Of a DNA stretch of 64,000 nt, positions 26,430-40,618 are shown piece after piece. This DNA comes from Octopus vulgaris (taxonomy: Eukaryota). Location: NCBI GenBank assembly GCA_951406725.2, contig OX597818.1:144336001-144400000 (forward strand). The letters run 5' to 3'. Below the pieces are notes generated by a model that ran no database searches, was not told the DNA's origin, and was given only the letters and a program-made list of their open reading frames with translations. Position 1 is the stretch's first letter, and every line of letters starts with the position of its first letter. Position numbers and translations under genes: made by a program.

Positions 26430-27300
26430 AGTATAGGACATCACCAGCGAGTGAAAAATACGTAAACACATGACAGATAAGTACAGGACAGATACAAAAA
26501 CATGTGCAATAAGTACAGGATATCACCAATGAGTGAAAAATATGTCAACACACAGAGATAAGTACAGGACAAAATACCAAAGGAAGTCTAAGTCCTCCTC
26601 TGTTGCCGACTGTTTATTTCTCCCTATTTTGAGCTTTCAACAACAAGACAGGAAGACTTCATAAGACAGCAGCATCCACAAATTTTTTAAATATAAAATT
26701 TATGGAGAGTTAGGGCTTTGAATGAACAAACAACATCAGAGTGGATGTACAGAGTAAACAATCGAAGAAGACAGACATTAAGGGCCGTTATGCCAAAACA
26801 AGTTGTAATGAGTAACGCCTGGGAGTAAATTTGAAAGGATATAGAATAAATAGAGGAGAAAAAATATTTGGAGAGAAAAAATATCGAGAGACAAGAGAAA
26901 TGAATGTCTAGGTGGCTGAACGTCCCATCCAAAACAGAATTCAATTGGATTTGAAAAACAAAGCTATCACCTTCAACTGAACACCATTGCAGAATGCTTG
27001 TTTGAATTAGTTGACTTTGAAAACATTTTGAGTGATAGACCCTTGTTGAAATTGCAGCGACTAGGATGTATAATTGCATACAGAGTAATATGCAGTCCCC
27101 GCAGTCAAAACATATGCAAGTCAGTGTTATATATCCTTTAGCAAACATTTAGATAAAAAGTTTTGGGTGTGAATAAATCTCCACTCTGCTCTTGGTTATC
27201 AATTACATACTCTACAGAATATTTGCAGTTCTGAATAGGAGTATGGAACTACCCAATGAGTGAAGCTCACAAGTATCAGTATCTCTTTTAAACTCGAGTA
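26430..27300 (-). mobile_element. Possible old PLE relic
   Basis: Minus strand has CTTATGAA...GAAAGCTC (hammerhead-like remnant, 26631-26665) and HTQNFLSKCLLKDI (resembles the HxxFLxxC N-terminal motif of PLE ORFs). There is also a local ~60-bp direct duplication (about 26430-26490 and 26510-26570). Confidence 0.25.
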
Positions 27301-27459
27301 CTATGTATATGTATTTGGCATTAGGGAGGGTATCCAGCTGGAGAAACTTTGCCAGATTAGTTTGGACCTGGTGCAGCCTTCTGGCTTGTCAGCCCTCAAT
27401 CAAACCATTTGACCCATACCAGCATGAAAAGCTGATGATAAATGATGAAGATGACAATA

Positions 27460-27505
<46 letters not shown>

Positions 27506-27909
27506 CTGAACCAAACTAACTTTAAATTTTTTATTCACCTGTAGAAAACAGCTTTTTTTCATGATGTAATCAGTTTATTTACCAGTAAAAATGCAACTGA
27601 AACAGTTGTAGTGAACCATAACCCGTTTTTGTTCTTTGTATATATGTGTGTGTGTGTATATATATATATATATACACACACTCACACAAAGAACAAAAGT
27701 GGGTTATATTTTATTAAACATTCTCCAAAATATACTTCTGTGCCTTTTCCAACTTACTTTTTTTTAAAACTATGTATGTATGCATGTATGTATGTATGTA
27801 TGTATGTATGTATGTATATTATATTAATGTTCTAATTTATGGCATCATGATTACCACATGGGATATATGAACCCTGAATCACAATGGGGAACCTAAAAGA
27901 AAAGGCTGG

Positions 27910-28335
27910 TTGCTGTGTACATAGAGAGATGATGTTAATGTTAGGATGAATGCTGGTGACAGATCTGGAGGTCACTGAATGCTGCTTGGACAAAGTTGAA
28001 GAGTCTCCATGTGGCTGCTATTGTGTCGTCACTGGAACTGGCTGTGTCCTGTGTGGTCAGTGGCTAGACCTCAAAAGGTCTGGAACTGAAAGACATCGAC
28101 TCAATGTGTTGCTAGAGTTTTATAGTGAGCAGTCAGTGCAAACTGAGGTTTAGAAGAGATTGTCTCATGTGATTTTATCAGAAGGTTGCAATTGGTTGAG
28201 TTGCATATTGGTGCGCCATAGAGCAAGAGACAAATTGCACCAATACCAACCAATCAGAATAGTGGACACAACAGGGCCCAAAAGGGTGACCGAAGGCTAG
28301 CTGTTATCAACTACGTCTGTATTTATGTACATATA
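27910..28335 (-). repeat. Dispersed repeat, possibly solo-LTR-like; inverted relative at 38335-38740
   Basis: About 400 bp is alignable between the two loci. In the 38335 orientation it carries CCAAT boxes followed by TATAAAA. Confidence 0.65.
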
Positions 28336-29330
28336 ACAGAGAGAGAGAGGAATTTCCTTCAAGCGTACGCTACAGACTCTTTGTTTATGTTTCTTAACTT
28401 AGTAGTTTGTCAAATAAGTTGTAAGATCAATTTGTTCAACAAAAGTCCTTCAAGATGACGCCCCAGCATGGCCACAGTTCAATGACTGAAACTGTTTGAA
28501 GAATAAACAAATGAAACTTTCTAATAAAAGCAGATCTTACAAAAGCAGATCTGGTTCTCACTCCACCTGAATAGCTAAACTCAGGGAAACACAATGAAAA
28601 CAAAGCATTTGTTATCTCATGGTAAGTTTTAGTTGAGAGGAGTTGTGAGAAGATTGCACTGACCTAAGAATTGCACTGAATTACTTCTATTTTGACTGCA
28701 AACTTAAGAGGAAAGAAAGAGATAAAGAGAGAGAAAGGAGGAAGAAAGATGTGTAGAGAGGTAAGAGCACGACAGAAAAAGAGAGAGAGAAAACAGTGAT
28801 AGAGGGAAGTAGGTGAGAAGCAAAGAGTGTTCCACAAATCTACATAGATAGTGTGCAGGTAGCTCAGAGGACAACACAAAACTTTAACTCTCTAAAAATA
28901 AGTTGGCTGACAATATTGTCTGCTGCAGCAGATAGCAACATGTATGCATATATGTTGATATCATCATCATTATGATCATGATCACCGCCACCATCAGTGT
29001 TGTTGTTACTGTCATCATCATCATCATCATCATCATTCTATGTTAGTTTTTACTTACTTGCATTGGATTGGGCTGAATACTATGCATGTGTGGCAATCAG
29101 CGTGGGAGCATATATTTAAAAACATAAGCGATATCTAGTTTTACAGGTTTGAGTATTTATGTACGCTTAGTCTGCATGCACTGAATAAATTACTCAATAC
29201 TGGTTGCAGAATCAAAACAATATCAATGGTGACTGTTTAGTTCAATACTTTCCTGATTCTGGCATCTCAAACTGTTTGGAGAAGCCAGTTTAGGCAAAAC
29301 TTCAAAGAATGCTATCAACATATATATATA

Positions 29331-30012
29331 TCATCATCATCATCATTATTTAACGTCCGCTTTCCATGCTAGCATGGGTTGGACAATTTAACTGAGGTCT
29401 GGTGAACCAGATGGCTGCACCAGACTCCAATCTGATCTGGCAGACTTTCTACAGCTGGATGCCCTTCCTAACACCAACCACTCCTAGAGTACAGTGGGTG
29501 CTTTTATGTGCCACTGGCACGAGGGCCAGTCAGGCGGTACTGGCAATGGCCACGCTCAAATGGTGTTTTTTTATGTGCCACCTGCACAGGAGCCAGTCCA
29601 GTGGCACTGGCAACAACCTCGCTCGAATGTTTTTTCACGTGCCACCAGCACAAGTGCCAGTAAGGCGATACAGGTAACGATCATGCTCGAATGGTGTTTT
29701 TTTTACATGCCATCGGCACAGAGGCCAGCTTGTTGCTCTCGCAACGATCTTGCTCGCATGGTACTCTTAGTGCTCCACTAGCACGGATGCCAGTCATCAA
29801 ATTTGGTTTTGATTTCAATTTCACTTGCCTCAACAGGTTTTCACAAATAGAGCTTAGTGTCCAATGAAGGAAAGGTACACATAGGCCACAGGGTTATGGT
29901 CTAACTTGCGCTTGCCGAGTCTTCTCAAGCACAGCATATTTCCAAAGGTCCTGGTCACTAGTCATTGCCTTGGTGAAGCCCAATATTCAAAGGTCATGCT
30001 TCACCACCTCAT
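29331..30012 (-). mobile_element. 3' fragment of the RTE family with (CAT)n tail
   Basis: Reverse complement matches the coding end and 3' UTR at 25740-26100, plus the tail aacccatgctagcatggaaagcggacgttaaat(gat)n. Confidence 0.85.
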
Positions 30013-30120
30013 ATATACACTTCAAAATAGTTAGAGAGAAAGAAAAAGTCATGCTTTTTCGTTCACTATTCAACATGCTTCTAAACTTGCCAGGGCTGAA
30101 GGCAGCAAATTATGTATGTA

Positions 30121-30189
<69 letters not shown>

Positions 30190-30878
30190 TACTAATATAG
30201 GATGAAGCTTTTTTACAGAAAAAAATTTCATCAGAAAATGTGGCAGCATATTAAAATACCTTTAAGGTTAAAATTATAAATAAGGGCTAAAGAAAATTAT
30301 TTCTATGCCAATATGCTGATAACAGACTATTAAATCGTCAATTTCCACATATTATTTACTCGCAACAGAAAACGCGTAGAGCTGAAATTGGGGAAAGCTG
30401 GCCAACAGAATTTTTTTTAAAAGTTTGTTATTTCTATATTGAATCAATTTTCGAAATTGATTCAATATAGATATAACGTCTCTTTGAAATACAAATACTA
30501 CTCAGTTTTGCCCACTGAGTGGACAGGAGTAACATGAAATAAAGTGTCTGGCTCAAGGACACACCACACCATAGAATTAATGATCTTAAGATTGTGGGTC
30601 GGATACCCTAACCATGAAGCCTCATGCCTTCACACACACACATGCCCACAAGTCAGACAAGAACATGTTAGAGTAGGGCAGAGATTTTTTATAACTGGAT
30701 GCCCTTTCTGTAGCCAACTGCCACTTGTTTCTAAGCAAAGTGATAATCTCCCTCCCAGTCAAACAACAAGCAGTCCAGACATGTTTTATGGGAAGAACTG
30801 GAAACAAATGACATCAATCATTAAGGCATTGTTTACAAACAGTAAGTAAACATGAAGATGAGGAAGAGACAAACTCAC

Positions 30879-30956
<78 letters not shown>

Positions 30957-30994
30957 CCGTGCATGAATATATATTCACATATATATATATGATT

Positions 30995-31031
<37 letters not shown>

Positions 31032-31300
31032 CATATAGATGTCATAAAAATAATTCTTTTTTGGGAATAGTGGATCTCAAAATAAATAAGACTATAAATC
31101 ATAGCATAGAATTATTGGGTTGAAAAGGTTTACAAATTCTTTTTGTGTCAACAACAAACAATTCTTGCTGGCAAGAATAAAGTTTAAAAAATGGAAAGAG
31201 AAATCTGAAGGTTTGCATTGGAAAAGTATTTGTTAAAGTGATGATGATGCTGATGATGATGCTACTAGTACAGACATTCATGTGTGTGTATGTATATGTA

Positions 31301-31771
<471 letters not shown>

Positions 31772-31963
31772 GTGACCTCGTGTGTACCGTTGGCGATTTT
31801 TTTTCCTCTGTCTTCCCTTCTCTGGATCTTTCCTTCTCCTATGTTTCCGACGAAGAGCTCCGCTCAAAACGTTAAATCCTCCTTCTTTCCTGAGCGTCCA
31901 ATAATACTATATTTGTTCCACGTCCTCACGTTGTGTTTTTTTGTGCTTTCTTGTTTGGATTAA

Positions 31964-31966
<3 letters not shown>
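31772..31966 (+). mobile_element. Short PLE 3'-end/pseudo-LTR-like relic with a degenerate minimal hammerhead (31844-31876)
   Basis: About 195 bp of unique sequence between (TCTA/TCTG)n and (TA)n. Contains TTT-CCGACGA-A-GAGC(tcc)GCTC-AAAA-CG-TT-AAA, two substitutions away from CUGANGA...GAAACGUH. Confidence 0.5.
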
Positions 31967-32019
<53 letters not shown>

Positions 32020-32268
32020 TTGTATGTCTCATCATCATCATCATCATCATCATCATTACTTTAACATCCATGTTTCCATGCTCACATCCATTGGAAAGAC
32101 TTTGTTGTGGTAGATTTGCTATGGCTGAATGTCCTTCTTATCACCAGCCTTCATCTGTTTTGAAGTAAGATCCTATTTTCTCCTGGTCAGTTATGTTTTC
32201 ATTGAAGAGTTGATATGAAGGACACTACTTGCATGATGGTAACACTAATTTGCAAGAAGATACTAATA

Positions 32269-32317
<49 letters not shown>

Positions 32318-33659
32318 CTGTGTGCAAAATTCCACCTCAAGACAGCTTGACTCTGTAAGAATTTATATATATAAGTTGGGAGATGATTCAACTCTTTAAA
32401 ATCTAGGAAATATTTCACTCTTTTAGGATTCATGAAATATCTCTGAACAAGTCCTTAGAGAGTATGGCTGCAGATCAGATGCTTTGCCCTTGGTGACAAT
32501 TCCATGTCATGTTAAACATGGCTTCATGATGCAAATTTCATTATATGAGTAATATTCTAATTTTCCATCTTCTCTAAGTGAGATCCTTAGAGTTTGACCA
32601 GTGCTTTTCAAGAGAGAGTCTGAAGCTTGAATTTGAAAATGTTTAACACAGTGTATGTGTATCTCAAATCTTAGCCTTCTTGTTGTCAGGGTTGAAAATA
32701 TTTTAATTTCCTTTTTAAGTAACTTGTCCGTAGACATAAGTGACTGCAGGATACATATGACTATCCCATTCACGTAGAGGATGCTTCTAAGTAGGACATG
32801 CAAGAAATTGCTACTCAAATCATATCCAGTAGCTTTTATAAAAAAAAAAAAAAAAAGAGAAAGCATGACATAATATAATCCATGATATACTATGTCTGGA
32901 AAAAAAAAGGCAAGATAATTATGGCTAGGATTCTTTTTGAATATAGAAACTAGGGATAAATAATAAGAAATGATGGATTCTCACCCATCCACTGCTTTGA
33001 CTAAACTTATTTACTTTCACCCAAATTTCGGTATTTTCAATAAACTGTAAACTGGACTGCCTAGATTTCAATGAAATAACTGAGAAACTAATTGAAAATG
33101 GTGGGATTCTATTGGCTATTGACAGTTTGTTTTTAATATCATCATAACAGACTACATTAACCAATCAGAAACCACGATTTCAGCAGCAATAGAAGTAATC
33201 ACCTTCTTTGAAAGGTGTAGTAAATGAATGAATGCATTAAGGCAGAATGAATATTGAGCAGTCACAACACAATGAATCACTGTCTACAAATCCAGACAAG
33301 TAAACTCGATGTCCAGTCACTGAGATTGTGAGTGAGATTTAGAAAATAGGCAAATGGAACAGAACTGGGAACTATAAATAAAGTAATTGTGGGAATGATC
33401 TAAATACAACAAAACCACCAGAAATAATAGACAATGGTTTTACGCAAATCACTTTTACACAATTCATCTTATTTGCATCGTTCAATATATACTTATATAT
33501 ATATATATATTTGTATATACACAAGAGCATGTGTATAGGTGTGAGTATATGTGTGCATGCATGTATGTGTGTGTTTGTGGAGAGAGAGAGAGAGAGAGAG
33601 AGAGCTCACATGCATACATGAACACATACACGCATTACACACACACTCATACACACAAT

Positions 33660-34690
33660 ATGATCATTGTCATCATGATCTTCATCATGATCATTATCAT
33701 CACTTTATGTCTGCCTTCCATGCTGGGATGGGTTGGGTGAGTGGACAGGATCTGACAAAACAGATGACCACAGCATGCCTCAGTTTTGGCATAGTTTCTA
33801 TATCCTGATGCCATTGCTAATGCCAATCAAATTACTAAGTGTACTGAGTGCATTTTACATGGTATCAGCACTAGTGGGGGTCAGTTTGTAAGACTAAAGA
33901 ACTGCCACAACTGAAAGAACACGTGAGATGTGGGTTTAGGAAAGAGTGAAGCATAATAGGAAGACTAGATTTATTGTTGTGAGGGATTGGTGGTGGGAAG
34001 TGCAACAGAGTAGATATTGTTGGCAGAGGGAGTACGGAAGAGACACAGATAAAGAGGATGAGAAGGAATTGAGTCAGGGATTTCCTGGAAAGAGGGAAAA
34101 GGATGACGGAAAAGGCTGGTAGGATGGTTTGTGTAGTGAGCATCCAATGCCATCCCATGTTATAAGGATTAATATGAGTGGAAGGTGAGGGAGGAATGTG
34201 CCATGACATGGAGAGGGACATGAGGGTGATGTGAATGAGGAGAGGATGTGGGAAAAGAGACAGTGTAGATTAAGGGAGAGGTAGAGAAGGAGAAATGAGA
34301 GTATGCTGAGGAAAGGGAAACTGTGAGGGGAGAAGAGGGAGAGAAAGAGAGGCTGGGATAGTGGAGGAGCAATGGGTGAATACAGTGAAAGTAATGAGAG
34401 AAAAGAGAGGCTGAAAGGCAACAGAGGTGGCAGGAGCGGAGATGATGAATGCAATTAAATCATTACAAGAGAAAGGAAGTGGGGTAGAATGGGTCGATAC
34501 ATCGAGAGCATCCCAGACTCTAGCCACTCTCTTTGCTAGAATTCTCTCTACATGCATGCCCAAAAGAAAGGGTTTTCTCTAGTCCACCAGGTTACCAATT
34601 GTCAATGTCCCTCGTCATTCTTTTTTTTGTAAGGTGTAGCACCATGAGATCAGTTTTCACCACTACATCCCATGTTGTTGGGATGCAAAC
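33660..34690 (-). mobile_element. Older RTE 3' end with a long pyrimidine-rich 3' UTR
   Basis: Minus strand reads PTTWDVVVKTDL (RTE C-terminus) near 34680, followed by a low-complexity tract and a (CAT)n-type family tail at 33660-33730. Confidence 0.55.
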
Positions 34691-36653
34691 TTCTTATCAC
34701 ACAACCATACCAGGTAATCAAAAACTGTTCATTGAAATACAGTTTATTTTTAACAGTTGACAACAAAAAGAAAAAGAAAAAAGGAAAAACTATTGATTTA
34801 CATAACAGTAGCTCAAATCAGTAATTAATCCAATAATAACAAATATTTAAATATTTATATACTGTAATGTAGTTTGCATCAGGAAGGGCATCCATCCATA
34901 GAAACTATGCCAAAGCTGACTCTGGAATTTGGTGCAGGTCTGCAGCTTGCCAGATCCTGAGGAACTGTCAAATCCATGTCAGCATGGAAAATGAATGTTA
35001 AATGATGATGATGGTTTAGATGTATATTTTTTAAAAAGTTGTTAAATCATCACATTTTATTAAAATAATTTTTAAAAAAAATTTTTTAATTAAAATGTAA
35101 AAACCAGCATAGTTTATGAGTGTGTGTGTGTGTGTGTACGTGCATGTGTGTGTGCGTGTGTGTGTGTGTGTGTGTATTATGTTTGTATTCACAGTCTAAA
35201 AATTGGTGTCCTTTGTCTGTAAACATAAACACGACAGACACACACTGACACACACACACAAGCACATATGTATGTGTGTATGTTGTTATAATGTGAAATT
35301 CTAATATATTTTTGTAACTTTGTTTAACAGCCAATTTATTTGTAGAGTAGAACCATTAGCACAATTTTCAGTTATTGATTCAGTTATCACAGATTGTGAA
35401 CCAGCAACAATAAAGGTCACAAAGGGACATTAACAGAAACTATACCAGATTTCCAACTACAAACATGATAAACACAGCCTTTTATTCTTTTATTCCATTA
35501 TTTGTTTCAATTACTGAACCACATCCATGGTGGGACACCACTTTGAAGGGGTTAAGTGAGTAAATCAATGTCAATACTTATTTTAAGACTGGTGATTTTA
35601 TTTTATTGGTCACTTTTTGCTGAACTGCTTGGTTACAAGGATCTAAACACACCAATTCCAATTGTCATTTAGTAGGGAACTAACATGAAACAAAAAGATG
35701 AGTATTTGCACCCCCCCCCACACACACAGAGTCATTTTTACTCCTCAGCCAATTCCAGATTCTTACCATCTTCCTCCCTGACCATTCCTTGACATTGCTC
35801 AACCACCCATTTGTATTTTGTCCATATGTTACCATATTCAGCAGGACTAAGAGGTCATGGTGTTATGTCACATGACCAAAATCATTTCATTTTCTTTCTT
35901 TTGACAATTGACAGAAACAAAAGCTTCAAACTTTATAATTTCCCAACAATCTCTTTCCTAACATTCTGGTTACTTCAATTCTCTATATATAGAATGAAAA
36001 TCATCTTTTACTCGCATTTCAAAGGCCATCATCTTTTCCCTTTCACTATTCAACATTCATAACTTACTCCCAGAGAGATACAGCAGAGATAAAATTACAA
36101 TTGCACTTAAAAAATGAATTTTTGTTGTTATTGTAATTTTTTTTTTTGTTTCTAATCATGGTCTAATTTTACAAGTTATTCTAGCTGCTGCATTCTGACA
36201 TTCTACTTCTTTCTTTGATTTCATATATTTTGCTATCATTTTCCCAACAACATTAAAACTCATCTATTTATCTGAGCATTTTACTCTCCTATTTCAACTG
36301 AATTCTTTATTTTCTTTCTACTATTTGTTGCCATTTCTCTCAGCACATTTTTCCATTCCATATTTTGTTGCAGTTGTAATAAAGAAGAGTTGTTAAATCT
36401 CTTATGACGTTATGTATATAAAATAAACTTCTGTTTTCACTCTTAAAATTTAACAGCAATTACAGCACCATGGAGAGAGTAAAATTGAATTAATTAGAAT
36501 ACGTGTGGTTCAGCTCAGTTGAATGGTTATGAAATTTGTTTTGCAATTTCAAGATCCCAAGTTCAATTCCACTGTGGAATCTTGCATAAGTGACAAAAGA
36601 TTTAAGAAATAGAAAAATTAAAATTTCATAATTTGCTTGTTTGTTGGTTTTAC

Positions 36654-36671
36654 GATGATGATGATGATATA

Positions 36672-36707
<36 letters not shown>

Positions 36708-36813
36708 TGTATGTATGTATGTATGTATGTATGTATGTATATATGTATGTATGTATGTATGTATGCATGTATGCATGCATGTATGTATGTATGTATGTAT
36801 GTATGTATGTATG

Positions 36814-36847
<34 letters not shown>

Positions 36848-36908
36848 TGCATGCATGTATATATGTATTTATGTATGTATGTATGTATACATATACATAT
36901 GTGTGTGT
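36654..36908. repeat. (GAT)n-(TA)n-(TATG)n compound microsatellite
   Basis: Directly visible. Confidence 0.95.
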
Positions 36909-37129
36909 TTTTGTGTGTATCTACTACTGATATATTTCTCTGTTTTTTAATACTATACATCTACAAGAGATACTTTCTCAAGATGAATGCTGCAGTTTAG
37001 AAGGCTTTCAACAATACATACACTTTAAGTATGATATACAGGTTGCCAATATATGTCTAGATATAGCTTAGTGACAACTAATCATGGTGCTAAAATATTT
37101 CATGTAGTGAACCAAGAAATTTTAATTAG

Positions 37130-38201
37130 TCAGAATTACACCAGTTGTGAAGAGAAAACGTTATCTTCTTGACTAATTCTGGTCAAGGAAGACAAGGGAG
37201 GCAACTCAGTTGGATTTAAATTAGATATAGAATGCAGTTTGAAAGTGAATGCAATCTTTATCAGAGTGGAGATGGCTCTTGGTATGTTTTAGTTTTATGA
37301 GAACTTCTCAGTTTGGCATTGCCGCAACAGGTCCTCTGTTAATAGTCACACAAATCTCTTCTTGGTAACATTTTGATAACTGGAGACTAGAACTATAAAG
37401 TCAAATCAGCAAGAGAAGCTCTAAATCACTGCACAACCTGCTAGAAATAGCAGCAAAATATCCCTTAAATAACACTATAATTTAAAAAAAGAATATGTTG
37501 AGAAATGTGATATGGGGTTCCCTCTACAGAGAAAAAAGGACAGAATAGTCAACACTTATGCAGGGTTAAATAACAACAACATTAAACCAGGTCTTTAGAT
37601 AATGAAGAGAGATTTTTTTTCTAGAGAAATCAATGGATTTGCTGTGGCTATTCTTCAGAACTTATTGTCAAAGAAGGGCAGTTTGAACAGAAGGGCATGT
37701 TGTGTGTTTGGTGGAATTTCAAGGAGGTGTTGCCCTTTGAATTTGTCCTAGATGATCATTCTGTGAATGCCAACCTTTATGCTCAAAAACGATGCTTTGA
37801 AGGGTTTCTGCATGACATTGGTCGGTGAAAGATGCATGTTCCTACTGCATGACAATGGCCTAGCACAGAGACTGCCAAGGCAATCAAGAGCAAACTTGAG
37901 GAACATGAGGGGCTGGAAGTGATGCTTCACCTTGCCTGCAGTCCTTGCACCTTCAGATTACCACTTTTTTGGGTCATGGCTTATTTCCTACATGAATGGA
38001 GGTTCAATAATGCAGATGAGTTTTAAAAAAAAGTGCAGACAGTTTTTTGCCTTAAAAGCAGCCAAATGGTATAAACATAGAATTTAACTTTTGGCTCAAT
38101 GATGGCAACAAGCAATAGAATATGGTGGAATATATTTTCGTATGTAATTTGTTTGAACTATTACTTAAAGCTTGAAAAACTAAAACTTTTGACTTGGCCT
38201 G

Positions 38202-38205
<4 letters not shown>
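37130..38205 (+). mobile_element. Decayed mariner transposase relic
   Basis: Frameshifted MLCVWWNF, FLLHDNG and LAPSDYHFF motifs of the DD34D domain; ends at a (TA)n tract. Left boundary is approximate. Confidence 0.8.
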
Positions 38206-38252
<47 letters not shown>

Positions 38253-38334
38253 TATATATATATTACTTATATTATTATTTAATTGAATGCTACACATCCA
38301 TTTCCAAGTATATGTATATATATATTTATATATA

Positions 38335-38740
38335 CATGAATACAGACGTAGTAGATAACAGCTAGCCTTCGTCCACTTGGACCCTGTTGTGTCCACTGCT
38401 CTGATTGGTTGGTATAGGTGCAATTTGTCTCTTGCTCTATTACACGCCAATGTGCAACCCAACCAATCGCAGCCGTCTGATAAGGTCACATGAGACAGTC
38501 TCTTCTAAATCTCTGTTTGTGCTGACTGGTCCCTATAAAAAGCTAGCTTCAACACTGTATTTTGTCTTTTGGTTCTAGACCTTCTAAGGTCTAACCACTG
38601 ACCACAGAGCACACAGCCAGTTCCAGTGACAACACCAGCAGCCACATGGAGAAACATCAACACTTTGTCCAGCAGCATCAGGACCTCCATCTCTGTCGCC
38701 TCCGTCTTAATGTCAACAACATCTCTCTATGTACACGCAG
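38335..38740 (+). repeat. Dispersed repeat, second copy of 27910-28335
   Basis: The shared sequence gives parallel ORF-track peptides (VVTGTGCVLCGQWLDL in both copies). Confidence 0.65.
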
Positions 38741-39906
38741 GTCCTATCTCAACACTGTTTGTGAATTACTTCACCATGGTTAACAACAAATACAACCTGC
38801 GAGATCTTCCGGTATCAAGTGACCGGTAGCAGCATAGTAGCCACAACATCTCACACGACATCTGCTTCAACTGGCTCTGTTTCTTCGCCACAACTTCTTC
38901 TTACAGCACTTCATCTATTGCGTACCTTACTACGAACTGGTATTTATTTTCATTGTGTCTGAACATTCTTCGAGCATCCTATTGTAGACTCTTTCAATGC
39001 TCTGTATTTTATGCACACACATACACATTATGTATGCATGACGGCCTGTCTGTTATTATTAGAGACCGAGACCTATGGAAGTATGCTGTGCGTGAGAAGA
39101 CCTGGCAAGACTAATGAGACCATAACCCGTGGCCTCTACCTGGTATGTAGCCAGTCGACTTATACATACCTTTCCTTCTTGGGACACAAAACTCTAAAAT
39201 TTAGATTACATAAAATGAATTAGACATGGAAATGTTATACAATGAGGACTAGTTAGTTTAGGTGGTGCTTACAGAGAAAACTGGATTTATTTAACCGATT
39301 AACACATAGTTAATGAGTTAAATAATTTGAGGTCATTAAGCAGGGAATTATTGTTTGTGAAAATAAAGGCATAACTACAGATTTCTGCACACACCCCTCC
39401 GACTTTGGATGATCACAACTTTCAGAAAAATAGAAATTTTTTAATGAAATTTTCTACGAATATGTGTTATATCATGCAGATTCCAAATATACAAAACATT
39501 TTGGGGAAAACGTTTTAGGAGGGGCTGGGTGGGGAATTTCGGAAAATTCACCAGAGTTCACTTCAATTCGTCTTAACTTTCAAGAAAATGGATGTTTTTT
39601 AATAAGATCTTCTACAAATATACCTCGGACTATGTAGATTCAGAGGATATAGGAATTGGTGGGTGGGGGGAAACAATTGGGGTTTATTTTTGAGAACTGT
39701 TCTCCACTCAGGGGTGTTTCGTACCAAGTCGTCCATATTTGTTTCCTTTTCTCCGTTTTGTGTGTTTGTGCATCTGTAGATTTTTACTGAAGCAACGAAG
39801 GCAAATGAAGCCCTCACCAGAAAAATCGTAATGCTAAAAACAACAGCTAAAGGTCTGGTACACAGAAATATGTTATTAAGACGACTTAACTGTTGCATAC
39901 CATTTT

Positions 39907-40358
39907 GGATCTTTTCGGTTTGAACGGCAGTTTTTAACATAATTTCTAGTTAACTAAACACTTTTAAACTTTGTATACTGGTAGAATGTGTTTATAAAAC
40001 ATCTTTTTCTCTTGGCTTTATTGAGAAAATTCTATAGTTTGTAAGATATTTTTTTGTTGTTTTTTCTTCAATTTCTGCAATTTCAACCAATCAATGACGT
40101 CTATTGAGGTAAAAAAACAACATTCTGTGCCGTATGAATATGTCCCTCGTTTAAGAAACAGATTGGGTTTATTTACATTTGTGAAGAAAAAAAGATACCC
40201 TTCCCCCACCCCTAACCCTAACCCTAACCCTGATCCTAACCCTAACCCTAACCCTAAAACAGATTGAAATGCAATAGATCGATACTAGGGTCGTAATTAT
40301 GGGTGACAATTTCATATGACACCGCTAGAAAAAACTGCCGTTCAAACCGAAAAGATCC
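39907..40358. mobile_element. MITE with 29-bp perfect TIRs and internal telomere-type repeats, nested in the fold-back element
   Basis: GGATCTTTTCGGTTTGAACGGCAGTTTTT at one end and its exact reverse complement at the other. Flanks ccatttt and cgatttt are a possible 7-bp TSD. Confidence 0.88.
40210..40257. repeat. Interstitial telomere-type repeat, 8 units of CCCTAA (two variant units)
   Basis: ccctaa x3, ccctga, tcctaa, ccctaa x3. Confidence 0.9.
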
Positions 40359-40549
40359 CGATTTTTCCTCATTTTAAATAAATTCCCAGGTAAACATTTC
40401 TAATAACAATTGCAGAAGACACAAAATAAGGAATATACACGCACAGTTAAATATAGAAGTGTAAAGTATAATTTGGTACATAATCTTTATAATAATTGAA
40501 TGAAATAATTCCCCGTTTGAACTTTTTTAATTACATGTGTGCCATGTGG

Positions 40550-40618
<69 letters not shown>

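Noticed and set aside
40210-40257. True telomere or chromosome-fusion scar
   Set aside because: Only eight units in one orientation, embedded within MITE TIRs.
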